Origin: Zestosphaera tikiterensis
GTDB taxonomy: Archaea; Thermoproteota; Thermoprotei_A; Sulfolobales; NBVN01
Assembly (NCBI GenBank): GCA_003056265.1
Contig: NBVN01000004.1
Coordinates: 133,587 to 197,586, forward strand
Length of the DNA stretch: 64,000 nucleotides
Direction of reading: 5' to 3'
Shown: piece by piece, positions 36,896-46,505 of the stretch
How the letters are laid out: every line of letters begins with the position of its first letter
Numbering within the stretch: position 1 is the stretch's first letter
The notes under the pieces: model-generated
Databases searched by the model: none
Told to the model about the DNA's origin: nothing
Seen by the model: only the letters and a program-made list of their open reading frames with translations
Translations under genes and position numbers: made by a program

Positions 36896-37603
36896 CTAAA
36901 CTTCCTTTAGTTTAGATTTGATTAACTCCTCCCCAGCTTCTTCAACGTCTTTAAGCGTGTCTATAGATCTCCAGTAACTGTTTAGGAAGACCTTACCTAA
37001 TAACCTACCTTGACTAGCTAGCTTAGGGAATGTGTCCTTCTCTAAATCTCCTTTCTTAGGTAGGTGTTTAAACACCTCAGGTTTTAAAGCGTAGACGCCG
37101 GCGTTTATCAGGTAGTTAGGTATTATGGGTTTCTCCCTGAAGGACACAACCCTATTATTACTTCCTAACTCAACGATTCCGTAGGGGGATTTTAAAGGAA
37201 CTAAAGCTAAAACACCTAAAGCTTCATCAACTCCTTCAAGCTCCTCCACAAGCTCGTTAATAGGTATGTCAGTTATTATGTCCCCGTTAACGGCTATGAA
37301 GACCTCATCGTTCTTCAATATGTTTTCAGCGTTTTTTAAAGCTCCTCCAGTACCTAAAGGCTCCTCCTCAACAACGTATACGGCCGTAACCCCGAATCTA
37401 CCGCCGGAACCTAGAAAATCAACTAACTTCTCCCTATGGTAACCAGCTAAAACAACAACTGTGTCAACCCCGTAACTCCTTAACCACTCAATCTGCCATT
37501 GAATTATAGGCTTACCGCCAACCTCAACTAAGGGCTTAGGCCTGTCAGAAGTTAAAGGCCTTAACCTCCTACCCAAACCACCAGCTATGATAGCGGCCTT
37601 CAA
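36896..37603 (-). CDS. Sugar-phosphate nucleotidyltransferase (glucose/mannose-1-phosphate NTP transferase family)
   Basis: N-terminal MKAAIIAGGLGRRLRPLTSDRPKPLVEVGGKPII signature. Confidence 0.8.
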   Translation of the reverse strand: MKAAIIAGGLGRRLRPLTSDRPKPLVEVGGKPIIQWQIEWLRSYGVDTVVVLAGYHREKLVDFLGSGGRFGVTAVYVVEEEPLGTGGALKNAENILKNDEVFIAVNGDIITDIPINELVEELEGVDEALGVLALVPLKSPYGIVELGSNNRVVSFREKPIIPNYLINAGVYALKPEVFKHLPKKGDLEKDTFPKLASQGRLLGKVFLNSYWRSIDTLKDVEEAGEELIKSKLKEV

Positions 37604-37640
37604 TTAAAACCCCCTAAGATATGTGTGGGTTAAACATTTA

Positions 37641-37700
37641 AAAGTCAGCTACCCCTAAAGATCATCACCACTCAGTGGGCATGACTCACATCATTACTTT
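37641..37700 (-). ncRNA. Box C/D sRNA (2'-O-methylation guide)
   Basis: The minus strand reads AAAGTA-ATGATGT(C)-GAGTCATGCCCA-CTGA(D')-GTG-GTGATGA(C')-TCTTTAGGGGTAG-CTGA(D)-CTTT. The spacings are canonical and AAAG/CTTT can form a terminal stem. It is intergenic, 20 nt downstream of the stop at 37721. Confidence 0.65.
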
Positions 37701-37720
37701 AAAGATTATTAACTAAGGGC

Positions 37721-38326
37721 TTAACCCAGCTTAGCCTCTCTCTTAATGTTGGGTTTCTCCGTAGTTACTGCGTATACATTCATAGACTCAACCTTTAAGT
37801 AAACCTCAGGTGAGTTAACACCTACGGCAACGACCTTAACGCCTTTAGCCACAGCCTCCTTAACAGTCCTACTCCTTAAAACTGCGTGGGGTTGTATCAA
37901 GCAAGTCACGCCGCTCTTAATCAACTCACTAACGTTTAAGTAGGGATTCGCCGTATTAAAACATACGTCACTATAAACTCCTTTAAGCTCTTCAACAACG
38001 CTTAAATCCTTAACTACAGGCACTACCTTAACCTTATTAATTAAGTCTGAAGTGAAATCCTTAAACAGCTTGAGAGAATCCCTACTTAAAGGAATTAACG
38101 CTATAGAACCTTCCTTAAGGCCGTTAAGGAAATCCTTCAAAGCCTTCAAACCCACCTCACTTAAATCACTTAATGAATTAACTACGTAAACACCTTCAAC
38201 GTCTGAATGCCTTCTAACAACGTTTAAAACCTCACTTAAATCAACGCCTACGTTAACTTCAAGCAGTACTTTAGGCTCCGTTAAACACCACCAACAATAA
38301 AATACTTCAACAGGGTTAATAGGCAC
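37721..38326 (-). CDS. Hypothetical protein
   Basis: 201-aa ORF in an operon-like arrangement (2-nt gap) after the DUF95 gene. No motif was recognised, and the start may be internal. Confidence 0.4.
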   Translation of the reverse strand: MPINPVEVFYCWWCLTEPKVLLEVNVGVDLSEVLNVVRRHSDVEGVYVVNSLSDLSEVGLKALKDFLNGLKEGSIALIPLSRDSLKLFKDFTSDLINKVKVVPVVKDLSVVEELKGVYSDVCFNTANPYLNVSELIKSGVTCLIQPHAVLRSRTVKEAVAKGVKVVAVGVNSPEVYLKVESMNVYAVTTEKPNIKREAKLG

Positions 38327-38328
38327 AA

Positions 38329-38883
38329 CTACTTCATGATGTAGTATAGGGTTGGGGTGATGAAGACCTCGATGAACGCCGCAATAGCTAGCAAAACAAC
38401 AACTAAAACTAACTTCCTCAGGACGTATTTAAAGTCTTTAGTTAGGGATACATCCCTACCCATTAAATACTTGCGGATTACCTCAACACCTAAGTAAGTT
38501 CCTAAAACAGCTGAGTAGATGACCGTCGGGATCTCCACAACACCATGCGGTATTATAAGGGCTACATTCCTCCACACATCACCCTCACTAACCACTAAAC
38601 CTATTACGTAACCGTTAGCTAACACTATAAGAGGCGGTAAAACCAACGTAAACCCTAAGAAAACATTCAGTAAAGCCACCCTTAAATTATTTAAGAATAT
38701 CAAAACAGCCAGCAATATAAACGAAGCTAAAGACCCCTCAGCAACCACCTCCCTTAAAGGACTTAACTCATTAATTAACGTGTTAAGGAAGAACTTCCTA
38801 AACTCAGGCGGTGTGTTAAACCCTGCGTAAAGCCCTCCAACAAACAGCAAAGTAAGCATTAAAGCGAGGGCTAACCTAACCAC
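38329..38883 (-). CDS. SpoIIM/DUF95-like integral membrane protein
   Basis: Five to six TMs, with NGYVIGLVV and IPHGVVEIPTVIYSAVLG reminiscent of DUF95. Confidence 0.55.
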   Translation of the reverse strand: MVRLALALMLTLLFVGGLYAGFNTPPEFRKFFLNTLINELSPLREVVAEGSLASFILLAVLIFLNNLRVALLNVFLGFTLVLPPLIVLANGYVIGLVVSEGDVWRNVALIIPHGVVEIPTVIYSAVLGTYLGVEVIRKYLMGRDVSLTKDFKYVLRKLVLVVVLLAIAAFIEVFITPTLYYIMK

Positions 38884-38978
38884 TTAAGTAACACCTCAAA
38901 TATGCAGTTGCTTATGAAGTTAATTAACTGAGGTTTTAAAGGTATTTCCTAAACTAAAGATTAGGTATGGATTAAACG

Positions 38979-41603
38979 ATGTGCTGCGGTGGTGAAGGCT
39001 TAAACGACGTGCGTAAGTGCTTACGTCCCTACACCTTAGGCTGGTTTATAAGTAAGTTTAAAGAGTTCACACCGCCTCAGGAAGCGGCCATACCTAAGAT
39101 TAAATGCGGGGATAACGTACTGATTTCCTCACCCACCGGCACCGGTAAGACGTTAGCTGCTTTCCTAGCGATTATAGACGAGCTTTACGGGTTGGGTGAG
39201 TCTAAAGCTTTAGGGGATAGGGTATACGCTGTTTACATCTCCCCGCTGAGGGCTTTAAACAACGACATGGTTAAAAACTTAATGACCCCTCTTAAAGAGA
39301 TTAGGGAGTACGCCAAGTCCTTAGGTGTTGAGTTGCCTGAGGTTAGGGTTGCTGTTAGAACTAGCGATACATCACCTTACGAAAAATCTAAGATGGTTAA
39401 GGAACCACCGCATATATTGATAACCACCCCGGAGTCTTTAACTATTTCGATAACAGCCCCTAAGTTTAGGGAGAAGTTAAGAAGTGTTAAGTGGGTTATA
39501 GTTGATGAAATCCACGAGATAGCCTCAAGTAAGAGGGGTGCTTTACTTAGCTTAACTTTAGAAAGGCTTGAGGAGTTAAGCGAGAATGAAATTCAGAGAG
39601 TGGGTTTAAGCGCTACTATATCCCCTCTAGAGGACATAGCTCAATTCCTCGTAGGTTTCGATAACGACGGAAGGCCTAGGAAATGCTCTATCGTTGACGC
39701 ACGATTCGTTAAACCTATGGAGTTAACGGTAGTTGCGCCGCGCGTTGATATGGTTGAAGCAAGCGCTGAAAAACTTAACGCAGCGATTTACGAAACCCTT
39801 AAGGAAGTTGTTGAAAAACATAGAACCACTTTAATCTTTACAAACACTAGAAGCTCTACTGAGAGGGTAGCGTTTAAACTGAAGAGGATGTTTAAAGAAA
39901 ACGGTATTGAGTCTTTAGACTCTATAGAAGCTCATCACAGCTCGTTAAGTAGGGATGTCAGGCTTGAGGTGGAGAATAAGCTTAAGGAAGGAAAGCTTAA
40001 AGCAGTCATAAGCTCTACATCCCTAGAGTTAGGTATTGACGTAGGCTATATAGACGCTGTAGTCCTACTCAGCTCCCCTAAAAGCGTTACAAGACTTATT
40101 CAGAGAGTGGGTAGGTCAGGACATAACGTACGTGACGTAAGTAAAGGCTACTTAATAGCCGTCGATAGGGATGACTTAATAGAAGTTGCCGTGTTAACGA
40201 ACTTAGCCAAAGCTAGAAAACTAGATAGGACTTCAATACCTGAGAAACCTCTAGACATACTTGCCCAACACTTAGTCGGCATGTCTTTAGAGAGGAAGTG
40301 GAGGGTTGAGGAAGCTTATAAAGTCGTTAAAAGATCCTACAACTACAGAAACTTAAGTTTTGAGGAATTCCTAAACGTATTGAAATATCTGGCGGGGAAG
40401 TTTGAAGAAGGCTTGAACAGCTTACCAGTATATTCTAAGATATGGTTCGATGAAGTCGAAGGTGTTTTCGGGAGGAAGAAATCCGTTAGGATGATTTACT
40501 ACTTAAACTCTGGAGCCATACCGGATGAAGCTAAGGTGAGGGTATTCCTCGACGGGAGGAGGTACATAGGGGATTTAGAGGAGGAGTTCGTGGAGTATTT
40601 AGATCCTGGGGATATATTCGTTTTAGGGGGTAAGACATACCAGTTCGTAAAGTCTGAAGGTATGAAAGTCATCGTGAGGAGTGCTGAAGGTCAAAGACCT
40701 ACCGTGCCGGCGTGGTTTTCAGAGATGCTACCCTTAACTTACGACTCAGCTTTGGAGGTGGGTAGGTTTAGAGAGTATGTAGCTGAATTAATTAAGTATG
40801 TTGGGCGTGAGAAAGCTGTTGAGGAGTTAGTTAATAGTTATGGGTTGGGTTTAAACGAAGCTAAGCATATCGTTCAATACGTTTCAGACCAGCTGAAGTA
40901 CGGAGGATTCATACCCTCCGATAAGAGGGTGGTTATTGAGGTTTGGGAGGACCTCAACGAAGGAGTTACGAACGTAGTTTTTCACTACCTCTTCGGTAGG
41001 AGGGTTAATCAAGCGCTCTCAAGAGCTTACGCCCTAGCGTTGAGTGAGTTTTTAGGTGTTGCTGTTAGAGTTACCGTTTCAGACAACGGCTTCATGCTTT
41101 CAATACCTAACTACGTAGTTTTAGACGTTAACACACTTAAGAAGGTTGTTAAGGAGGTAAGTCATGAAAACCTTAAGGACTTACTAAGGAAATCTTTAAG
41201 GAGAAGCGAGCTTGTGAAGAGGAAGTTTAGACATGTGGCTGAGAGGTCTTTAGCACTTCTTAAAAACTATAGAGGTGTTGAGACAAGCATATATAGGAGG
41301 CAGTTAAACTCAGAAACCCTACTTAAAGTTGCTGAGAAAATCCCAGGGTTCCCGTTAGTTGAGGAAACCTACAGGGAGGTTATGGAGGACGTTATGGACG
41401 TTAAAAACGCTGAAGACGTGCTTAAGAAAATACGTGAGGGTAGGGTTGAGGTGCTTATCGTTAAGTCTTACGAAGCTCCATCACCGTTCAGCCATAACAT
41501 AATCGCTCAAGGATATAGCGACATCGTCTTAATGGAGGATAGGAGGAAGTTAATACAGAAGCTCTACGAGAAACTCCTAAAGATTGAAGGAACCCACCAT
41601 TAA
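38979..41603 (+). CDS. lhr: Lhr-family superfamily-2 ATP-dependent helicase
   Basis: Walker A SSPTGTGKT, a DEIH box, helicase C motifs (ATSSLELGID-like STSLELGIDVG, QRVGRSGH), and a long DEAD-associated C-terminal domain. Confidence 0.85.
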   Translation: MCCGGEGLNDVRKCLRPYTLGWFISKFKEFTPPQEAAIPKIKCGDNVLISSPTGTGKTLAAFLAIIDELYGLGESKALGDRVYAVYISPLRALNNDMVKNLMTPLKEIREYAKSLGVELPEVRVAVRTSDTSPYEKSKMVKEPPHILITTPESLTISITAPKFREKLRSVKWVIVDEIHEIASSKRGALLSLTLERLEELSENEIQRVGLSATISPLEDIAQFLVGFDNDGRPRKCSIVDARFVKPMELTVVAPRVDMVEASAEKLNAAIYETLKEVVEKHRTTLIFTNTRSSTERVAFKLKRMFKENGIESLDSIEAHHSSLSRDVRLEVENKLKEGKLKAVISSTSLELGIDVGYIDAVVLLSSPKSVTRLIQRVGRSGHNVRDVSKGYLIAVDRDDLIEVAVLTNLAKARKLDRTSIPEKPLDILAQHLVGMSLERKWRVEEAYKVVKRSYNYRNLSFEEFLNVLKYLAGKFEEGLNSLPVYSKIWFDEVEGVFGRKKSVRMIYYLNSGAIPDEAKVRVFLDGRRYIGDLEEEFVEYLDPGDIFVLGGKTYQFVKSEGMKVIVRSAEGQRPTVPAWFSEMLPLTYDSALEVGRFREYVAELIKYVGREKAVEELVNSYGLGLNEAKHIVQYVSDQLKYGGFIPSDKRVVIEVWEDLNEGVTNVVFHYLFGRRVNQALSRAYALALSEFLGVAVRVTVSDNGFMLSIPNYVVLDVNTLKKVVKEVSHENLKDLLRKSLRRSELVKRKFRHVAERSLALLKNYRGVETSIYRRQLNSETLLKVAEKIPGFPLVEETYREVMEDVMDVKNAEDVLKKIREGRVEVLIVKSYEAPSPFSHNIIAQGYSDIVLMEDRRKLIQKLYEKLLKIEGTHH

Positions 41604-41699
41604 AAATATTAACCCACCACATCCCTTGTAGGTATGGGTAGCGGTGTTTGAACTTAAGACCTCGTTCAACGTCCGAGATCTACCGGCAGGTGTTTTAAA

Positions 41700-42770
41700 T
41701 TGGTAAAGCCTGAAGTAACTGTCATAACCCCAACATATAACGAAAGGGAGAACGTCGTTAAGCTTATTGAAGAGTTGGATAGATGCTTTAAGGAAGCCGG
41801 CATAACATACGAAGTGGTTGTAGTCGACGATAACTCACCGGACGGAACGGCGGAGGCTGTGGAGGGGTTAATGAGTAAATACCCCGTTAAGCTGGTTAGG
41901 AGGCCTTCAAAGCTTGGTTTAACTTCAGCTGTTTTCGACGGTTTAAAATACGCTGAAGGTACTTACGTAGTTGTTATGGATGCGGATCTTCAACACCCCC
42001 CTGAGGTGGTTCCTAAGCTATACGTTAAGGCTTTAGAAGGATATGATTTAGTAATCGCTTCTAGATACGTGTCGGGAGGTTCCGCTAAATTCCCCCTTCA
42101 TAGGTTGATAGTTTCGTTAGGCGCTACCTTAATAGCTCGTGTCTTAATACCTAAAGCTAGGAAAGTTAAAGACCCTATGTCCGGGTTCTTCCTCGTTAAG
42201 AAGGACGTAATCTCGAAGATTACCCCTACATCACCTAAGAGTTATAAAGTATTGCTTGAAGTTCTAGCTTTAGGTAGTTATAGAAACGTTTATGAAGTAC
42301 CTTACGAGTTTAGGGAGAGGGTTGTAGGTAAGTCTAAGTTAGGCTTTAAAACAATGCTTAACTACGTTAAGCAAGTGCTTAACTTAACGCCTGACTACGT
42401 AAGGTTTGCTTTAGTAGGTGCTTCAGGAACCGTAGTTAATTTAGGTGTTTTAGCCGTTCTTAGATACGTAGCTAACTTAACGCATGAAATAGCTTCAGCG
42501 TTAGCTATAGAAGCTTCAATAATCAATAACTTCGTTTGGAACGACTTATGGACTTTTAAAGGGGGTAGGTCTGGAAGCGTTGCTTCAAGACTTATTAAAT
42601 TCCACTTCTCAAGCGCCGTAGGTGTAATAACTCAATACGTGATTTCCTTAACTACGTACTACTACATAGTTAGGAACTCCATAATAGCTCAGTCAATCGG
42701 GATTTTAACTGGGTTCATAATTAACTACGTCTTAAGCAAGAAATTCGTTTGGTCTCCTAGACGGTTCTAG
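41700..42770 (+). CDS. GT2 dolichyl-phosphate hexosyltransferase (Dpm1-like) fused to a GtrA-like membrane domain
   Basis: VITPTYNEREN, VVVDDNSPDGT and MDADLQHPP motifs, followed by four C-terminal TMs (GtrA-like). TTG start. Confidence 0.8.
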   Translation: MVKPEVTVITPTYNERENVVKLIEELDRCFKEAGITYEVVVVDDNSPDGTAEAVEGLMSKYPVKLVRRPSKLGLTSAVFDGLKYAEGTYVVVMDADLQHPPEVVPKLYVKALEGYDLVIASRYVSGGSAKFPLHRLIVSLGATLIARVLIPKARKVKDPMSGFFLVKKDVISKITPTSPKSYKVLLEVLALGSYRNVYEVPYEFRERVVGKSKLGFKTMLNYVKQVLNLTPDYVRFALVGASGTVVNLGVLAVLRYVANLTHEIASALAIEASIINNFVWNDLWTFKGGRSGSVASRLIKFHFSSAVGVITQYVISLTTYYYIVRNSIIAQSIGILTGFIINYVLSKKFVWSPRRF

Positions 42771-43563
42771 TAACTTCCACTTCAGGGTTGTACCCGTTTA
42801 ACGCTTTATAAACAGCTTCAACGAGTTTGTAAATATCTCCAACCTTCACAGGGGGTTTAACCGGAACTATATTTAAGATTAGCTCAACGCTGTCTTCCCT
42901 TATAGATTTAATCATCACACCATCGCTTTCAACCCTAAATAACACGTCAGCAGCTGCTTTCTTTACTTCATCGGTTATTTTCTTAAGGTCTAAACGTTCG
43001 TTAGGGTTTGAGGAGCTTGTGATTTTAACTCTAAGGACTACGTGTGGTTGCCTTTCTCTAAACACTGAGTTAACAAGTACTGAGTTAGCTATGTGGACTT
43101 TATTGCCTAGGATGTCTTCAAGCACTGCGTTGAAAGGCGTTATGTCTAAGATCCTACCGATTAACGGCCTATCTATCCCTGGTAGGTAGATCTCAACCCA
43201 TAAGTTTTTCTTTAGCTTAAGGAGCTGTATGTTTATGAATGCGGAGAACTCACGGATTTCATGATAGAATATTACGAAGGTTAAAACACCTATTATTAAG
43301 ACGACCATGTATGGCGTGAGTGATGCTGTGATAATGCTTACAAACCCTAAAACAATAACTACTAACGTAGCTATGTCTATAACCCTACTTACGAAGCTTT
43401 TCGTGCCTAAGGAGATAACTCCTCTGCTAGCTATACCTGAGAGAAGCCAGTTTAAAAAGAACCTTATCGAGAGAGCTATAACGACTGTAACGATTAAGTA
43501 GAGGATCTCCATTAAAGTTATGGTTAATCCAGGTATTTGAAAAGCGGTTATGTTGATCTCCAT
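42757..43563 (-). CDS. MscS-like mechanosensitive channel family protein (paralog of 9119-9886)
   Basis: N-terminal TMs plus an IGRILDITPFNAVLEDILGNKVHIANSVLVNSVFRE beta-domain signature. Confidence 0.65.
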   Translation of the reverse strand: MEINITAFQIPGLTITLMEILYLIVTVVIALSIRFFLNWLLSGIASRGVISLGTKSFVSRVIDIATLVVIVLGFVSIITASLTPYMVVLIIGVLTFVIFYHEIREFSAFINIQLLKLKKNLWVEIYLPGIDRPLIGRILDITPFNAVLEDILGNKVHIANSVLVNSVFRERQPHVVLRVKITSSSNPNERLDLKKITDEVKKAAADVLFRVESDGVMIKSIREDSVELILNIVPVKPPVKVGDIYKLVEAVYKALNGYNPEVEVTRTV

Positions 43564-43569
43564 AAATCA

Positions 43570-44247
43570 CTACCCTTTGAATATCTTCGTTATGTCTTCA
43601 ACGCTTGCTTCCTTAGCTAACACGTATAGTAAAGTACCTTCTTTAAGGACGTCCTCCTTAGACGGGATTGTAAACTCCACGCCGTTAAACATGAACATGA
43701 TCTTAACGTCTTCAGGTAGTTGAAGTTCTTCAACTTTCTTATTTGTGGCTTTATCGGTGCTGGTTAAAACGATGCCGTAGATCTTGTACTCCCCCACCTC
43801 CCCAAGTATCTTAGGCTCCGTTAAAGTATCTAAGTACGTCCTGAATATATTCCCTATCACTGAAGGGACTATCACAGGTATGCCTAAATCCAGCTTAACA
43901 AGCATATCAGCTATCTTGCTTGACTTAACCCTAGCCATCCTTAAGTTAACGCCGTAATGCTTCGCTAAAGTTAAGACGAAAACATTAACTTCATCCCTAT
44001 CAGTTAAAGCTATCACCACGTCGAAATCGCTTAAGTTTATTGAGGATGTGGCTTGAGATTCAAACAATGAAATATCCGTTGCGTCACCGTTAACAACCGT
44101 TACGTCGAAAGCCTTACTTATTTCTTCAGCTCTCCTAGGGTTGATCTCAACAACGGCTATATCATGTTTTTTAAGTTCTTTATGCTTTGATATCGTTGAG
44201 AGCAACTCATAAGTTACGGAACCACCGCCGATTATGAGTATCCTCAC
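43570..44247 (-). CDS. TrkA-type RCK protein (TrkA-N plus TrkA-C)
   Basis: ILIIGGGSVTYEL Rossmann loop and C-terminal EGTLLYVLAKE. GTG start. It lies 6 nt upstream of the MscS-like gene. Confidence 0.75.
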   Translation of the reverse strand: MRILIIGGGSVTYELLSTISKHKELKKHDIAVVEINPRRAEEISKAFDVTVVNGDATDISLFESQATSSINLSDFDVVIALTDRDEVNVFVLTLAKHYGVNLRMARVKSSKIADMLVKLDLGIPVIVPSVIGNIFRTYLDTLTEPKILGEVGEYKIYGIVLTSTDKATNKKVEELQLPEDVKIMFMFNGVEFTIPSKEDVLKEGTLLYVLAKEASVEDITKIFKG

Positions 44248-44261
44248 CTACTCACCACCTG

Positions 44262-44481
44262 TTTGAGGCTCCGCCTTTTAAGGTGGGGTGAATGTTTATA
44301 AGCTTTCTCTAGCTTAATATATTGAGTTGGGTGTGGGCAACCGTGGCTTGGGATGAGTCCCACACCTTCCCGGTGTTGGCGGCGGGAGCTGATAGATGAT
44401 GCGCCCTCTGTGAGGGGTTTCAGAGAGGTGATGGAAGCCCTAGGGGGAGAACCTCCGCCATGAATGGCGGAGAGCCGTCAG
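44262..44481 (+). mobile_element. ~220-bp TnpB-less PATE/MITE (family C)
   Basis: Left end gaggctccgccttttaaggtggggtgaatgtttataagc; right end ggagaacctccgccatgaatggcggagagccgtcag. Both mimic the ends of the TnpB elements. CTACTCAC is present on both flanks. Confidence 0.55.
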
Positions 44482-44577
44482 CTACTCACTACCCCTAAAT
44501 TAAATGTTTCATCACTTAAATAATGTTACATACTTTACTATGTAGAGACTTGAAGAACCTTCACCCAGTTTAAAACA

Positions 44578-44928
44578 TTACTTTCGTTGTTCGTGAGGGC
44601 ATTCCAACTCCTCTTCTTTAAGGAGCTTCCGGCAGAAGTAACATATTACGTCTCCGGCCTGCGCCTCTTCCTTAAGAAGCTTCTCAGTAAATTCCCTTAA
44701 GTCTTTAGAGTATTTTTCATCTTTAAGGAGTTTCTCAACGTATTCCTCTCTAGATCTTCGAGCAGATAAATAGTTGGAGACCGCTGCTGGAGCTACGTCA
44801 AGTATTTTAGCCGCTTTATAAACGCTTAACCCACGCTCCCTAACCAACATTATAGATAAAGCAGCCCTAACCGCCGGCACAACCTCCCTAACACTTACTT
44901 CACACGGTGTTCTCCTCATCGTTCCCAC
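44578..44928 (-). CDS. Small HTH transcriptional regulator (archaeal COG2522-like) with C-terminal Cys/His pair
   Basis: HTH segment GLSVYKAAKILDVAPAAVSNYLSARR, with C-terminal CYFC...CPH. Confidence 0.55.
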   Translation of the reverse strand: MGTMRRTPCEVSVREVVPAVRAALSIMLVRERGLSVYKAAKILDVAPAAVSNYLSARRSREEYVEKLLKDEKYSKDLREFTEKLLKEEAQAGDVICYFCRKLLKEEELECPHEQRK

Positions 44929-45251
44929 AAGTTATTGAGTTATTCAAACCTATTAAACATTAACGGTGTGAAAGTTCCCCTCTATGCCTTTCAACACATA
45001 AGTTAACGCATTCACTAAACGCAGGTCCTGAATACCCTAACTCCATACATTCCTCCCTACAAACCTTAACGACATGCTCTCTTTCATATGAGTTTAAAAG
45101 CTCCTTACTCAAGCTAACACCAACCTTAACTACGTTAAAACCTATAAAAATTCACACCCACGTAGAGTATGTTAACGCTTCCAGCTTAAGATGTATTGCG
45201 TGAGAGCTTATTACATGTGAGAGTAGATATTCTAGGATACTTACCCTTGAG

Positions 45252-46502
45252 GTGATGTTGATGAAGTACGCGATACGTGCTAAGGTGGAGGTCGACGGCA
45301 TAGTTGAGAAACCGGATATCATAGGAGCTATCTTCGGTCAAACCGAGGGTTTGTTCGGGCCTGAATACGATTTAAGGGAGTTGCAGGATAAAGGTAGGAT
45401 AGGGAGGATTTTAGTTGAGGTTAAGCAAGGCGGTAATAAAACTGTTGGTGAGATATTAATACCTTCAAACCTAGATAGGGTTGAAACAGCTTTAATAGCT
45501 GCTATGATTGAAAACGTCGATAGGGTAGGTCCATACCAAACCAGGATTAGAGTCGTTGAGATAGTTGATTTAAGGCAGGAAAAGATAAAGAAGATTGCCG
45601 AAAGAGCTAAAGAAATACTTGAGAAGTGGTTACGTGAGAAACCCGTTGACGTTAAAGAAATACTTGCTGAGATTGAATCAAGCGTTAAAGTAGCTGAGGT
45701 GATAGAGTACGGCCCTGAGAAGCTACCCGCAGGGCCTGAGGTTGAGTCGTCAGACACTTTAATAATAGTTGAGGGTAGGGCCGACGTCCTCAACCTACTT
45801 AAGTACGGCTATAAAAACGCCATAGCTATAGAAGGAGCTAAAGGTGAGGTACCGCAGACTGTAATTGAACTCTCTAAAAAGAAGAAGAAAGTAATAGCTT
45901 TCGTAGACGGCGATAGGATGGGTTTAATGATCCTTAAAAACCTGGCTAAAGCAGCTAAGGTCGATTACGTAGCTAGAGCCCCGCCGGGGAGGGAGGTTGA
46001 GGAGTTAACTGGGAAGGAAATAGCTAAAGCTTTAAAGAATGCCGTACCGTTACAGACCTTCCTACAGCAGTTAGCTGAAGCCCCTCAAGCCGAGGGAGTT
46101 AAAGTAGAGGAAGCGAAGGTTGAGGAGGTTAGTGTTGAGGAGGTTAAGCCGGTTAACGTTCCTGAGGTTGAGGCCGTACCTAAGCCTGAAGTTGTTGAAA
46201 CATACCAAATACCGCTTCAAGTAGTTGAAAGCTTAAGCTCCTTGAAAGGTTCTTTAGAGGCAGTTATATACGATGAGAATTGGAACGTCGTAGATAGAGT
46301 GCCTGTTAAAGACTTAGTTGATTACTTACTAAGTACTGATAAGCAAGTGCATGCTGTTTTTATGGATGGCGTAGCTACGCAACGCTTAGTTGACGCCGCC
46401 TCAGTTAAGAACGTTAAACTACTTGTAAGTGCTAGGATATCTTCAATATCTAAGAAGCCTTTAAACCTAACTATATTAACATTCGATGAGCTACTTCAAT
46501 AA
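45252..46502 (+). CDS. dnaG: Archaeal DnaG primase-like protein (TOPRIM; exosome-associated)
   Basis: N-terminal KYAIRAKVEVDGIVEKPDIIGAIFGQTEGL is characteristic of archaeal DnaG. TOPRIM motifs are IIVEGRADVLNL and VDGDRMG. Confidence 0.85.
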   Translation: MMLMKYAIRAKVEVDGIVEKPDIIGAIFGQTEGLFGPEYDLRELQDKGRIGRILVEVKQGGNKTVGEILIPSNLDRVETALIAAMIENVDRVGPYQTRIRVVEIVDLRQEKIKKIAERAKEILEKWLREKPVDVKEILAEIESSVKVAEVIEYGPEKLPAGPEVESSDTLIIVEGRADVLNLLKYGYKNAIAIEGAKGEVPQTVIELSKKKKKVIAFVDGDRMGLMILKNLAKAAKVDYVARAPPGREVEELTGKEIAKALKNAVPLQTFLQQLAEAPQAEGVKVEEAKVEEVSVEEVKPVNVPEVEAVPKPEVVETYQIPLQVVESLSSLKGSLEAVIYDENWNVVDRVPVKDLVDYLLSTDKQVHAVFMDGVATQRLVDAASVKNVKLLVSARISSISKKPLNLTILTFDELLQ

Positions 46503-46505
46503 ACC

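Noticed and set aside
44478-44520. C/D-box-like GTGATGA ... CTGA on the minus strand near the MITE-C right end (shares ttaggggtag with the real sRNA guide)
   Set aside because: Only 27 nt separate the boxes, and there are no D'/C' motifs. The CTGA is the terminal gtcag of the MITE right end, so this is most likely coincidental.
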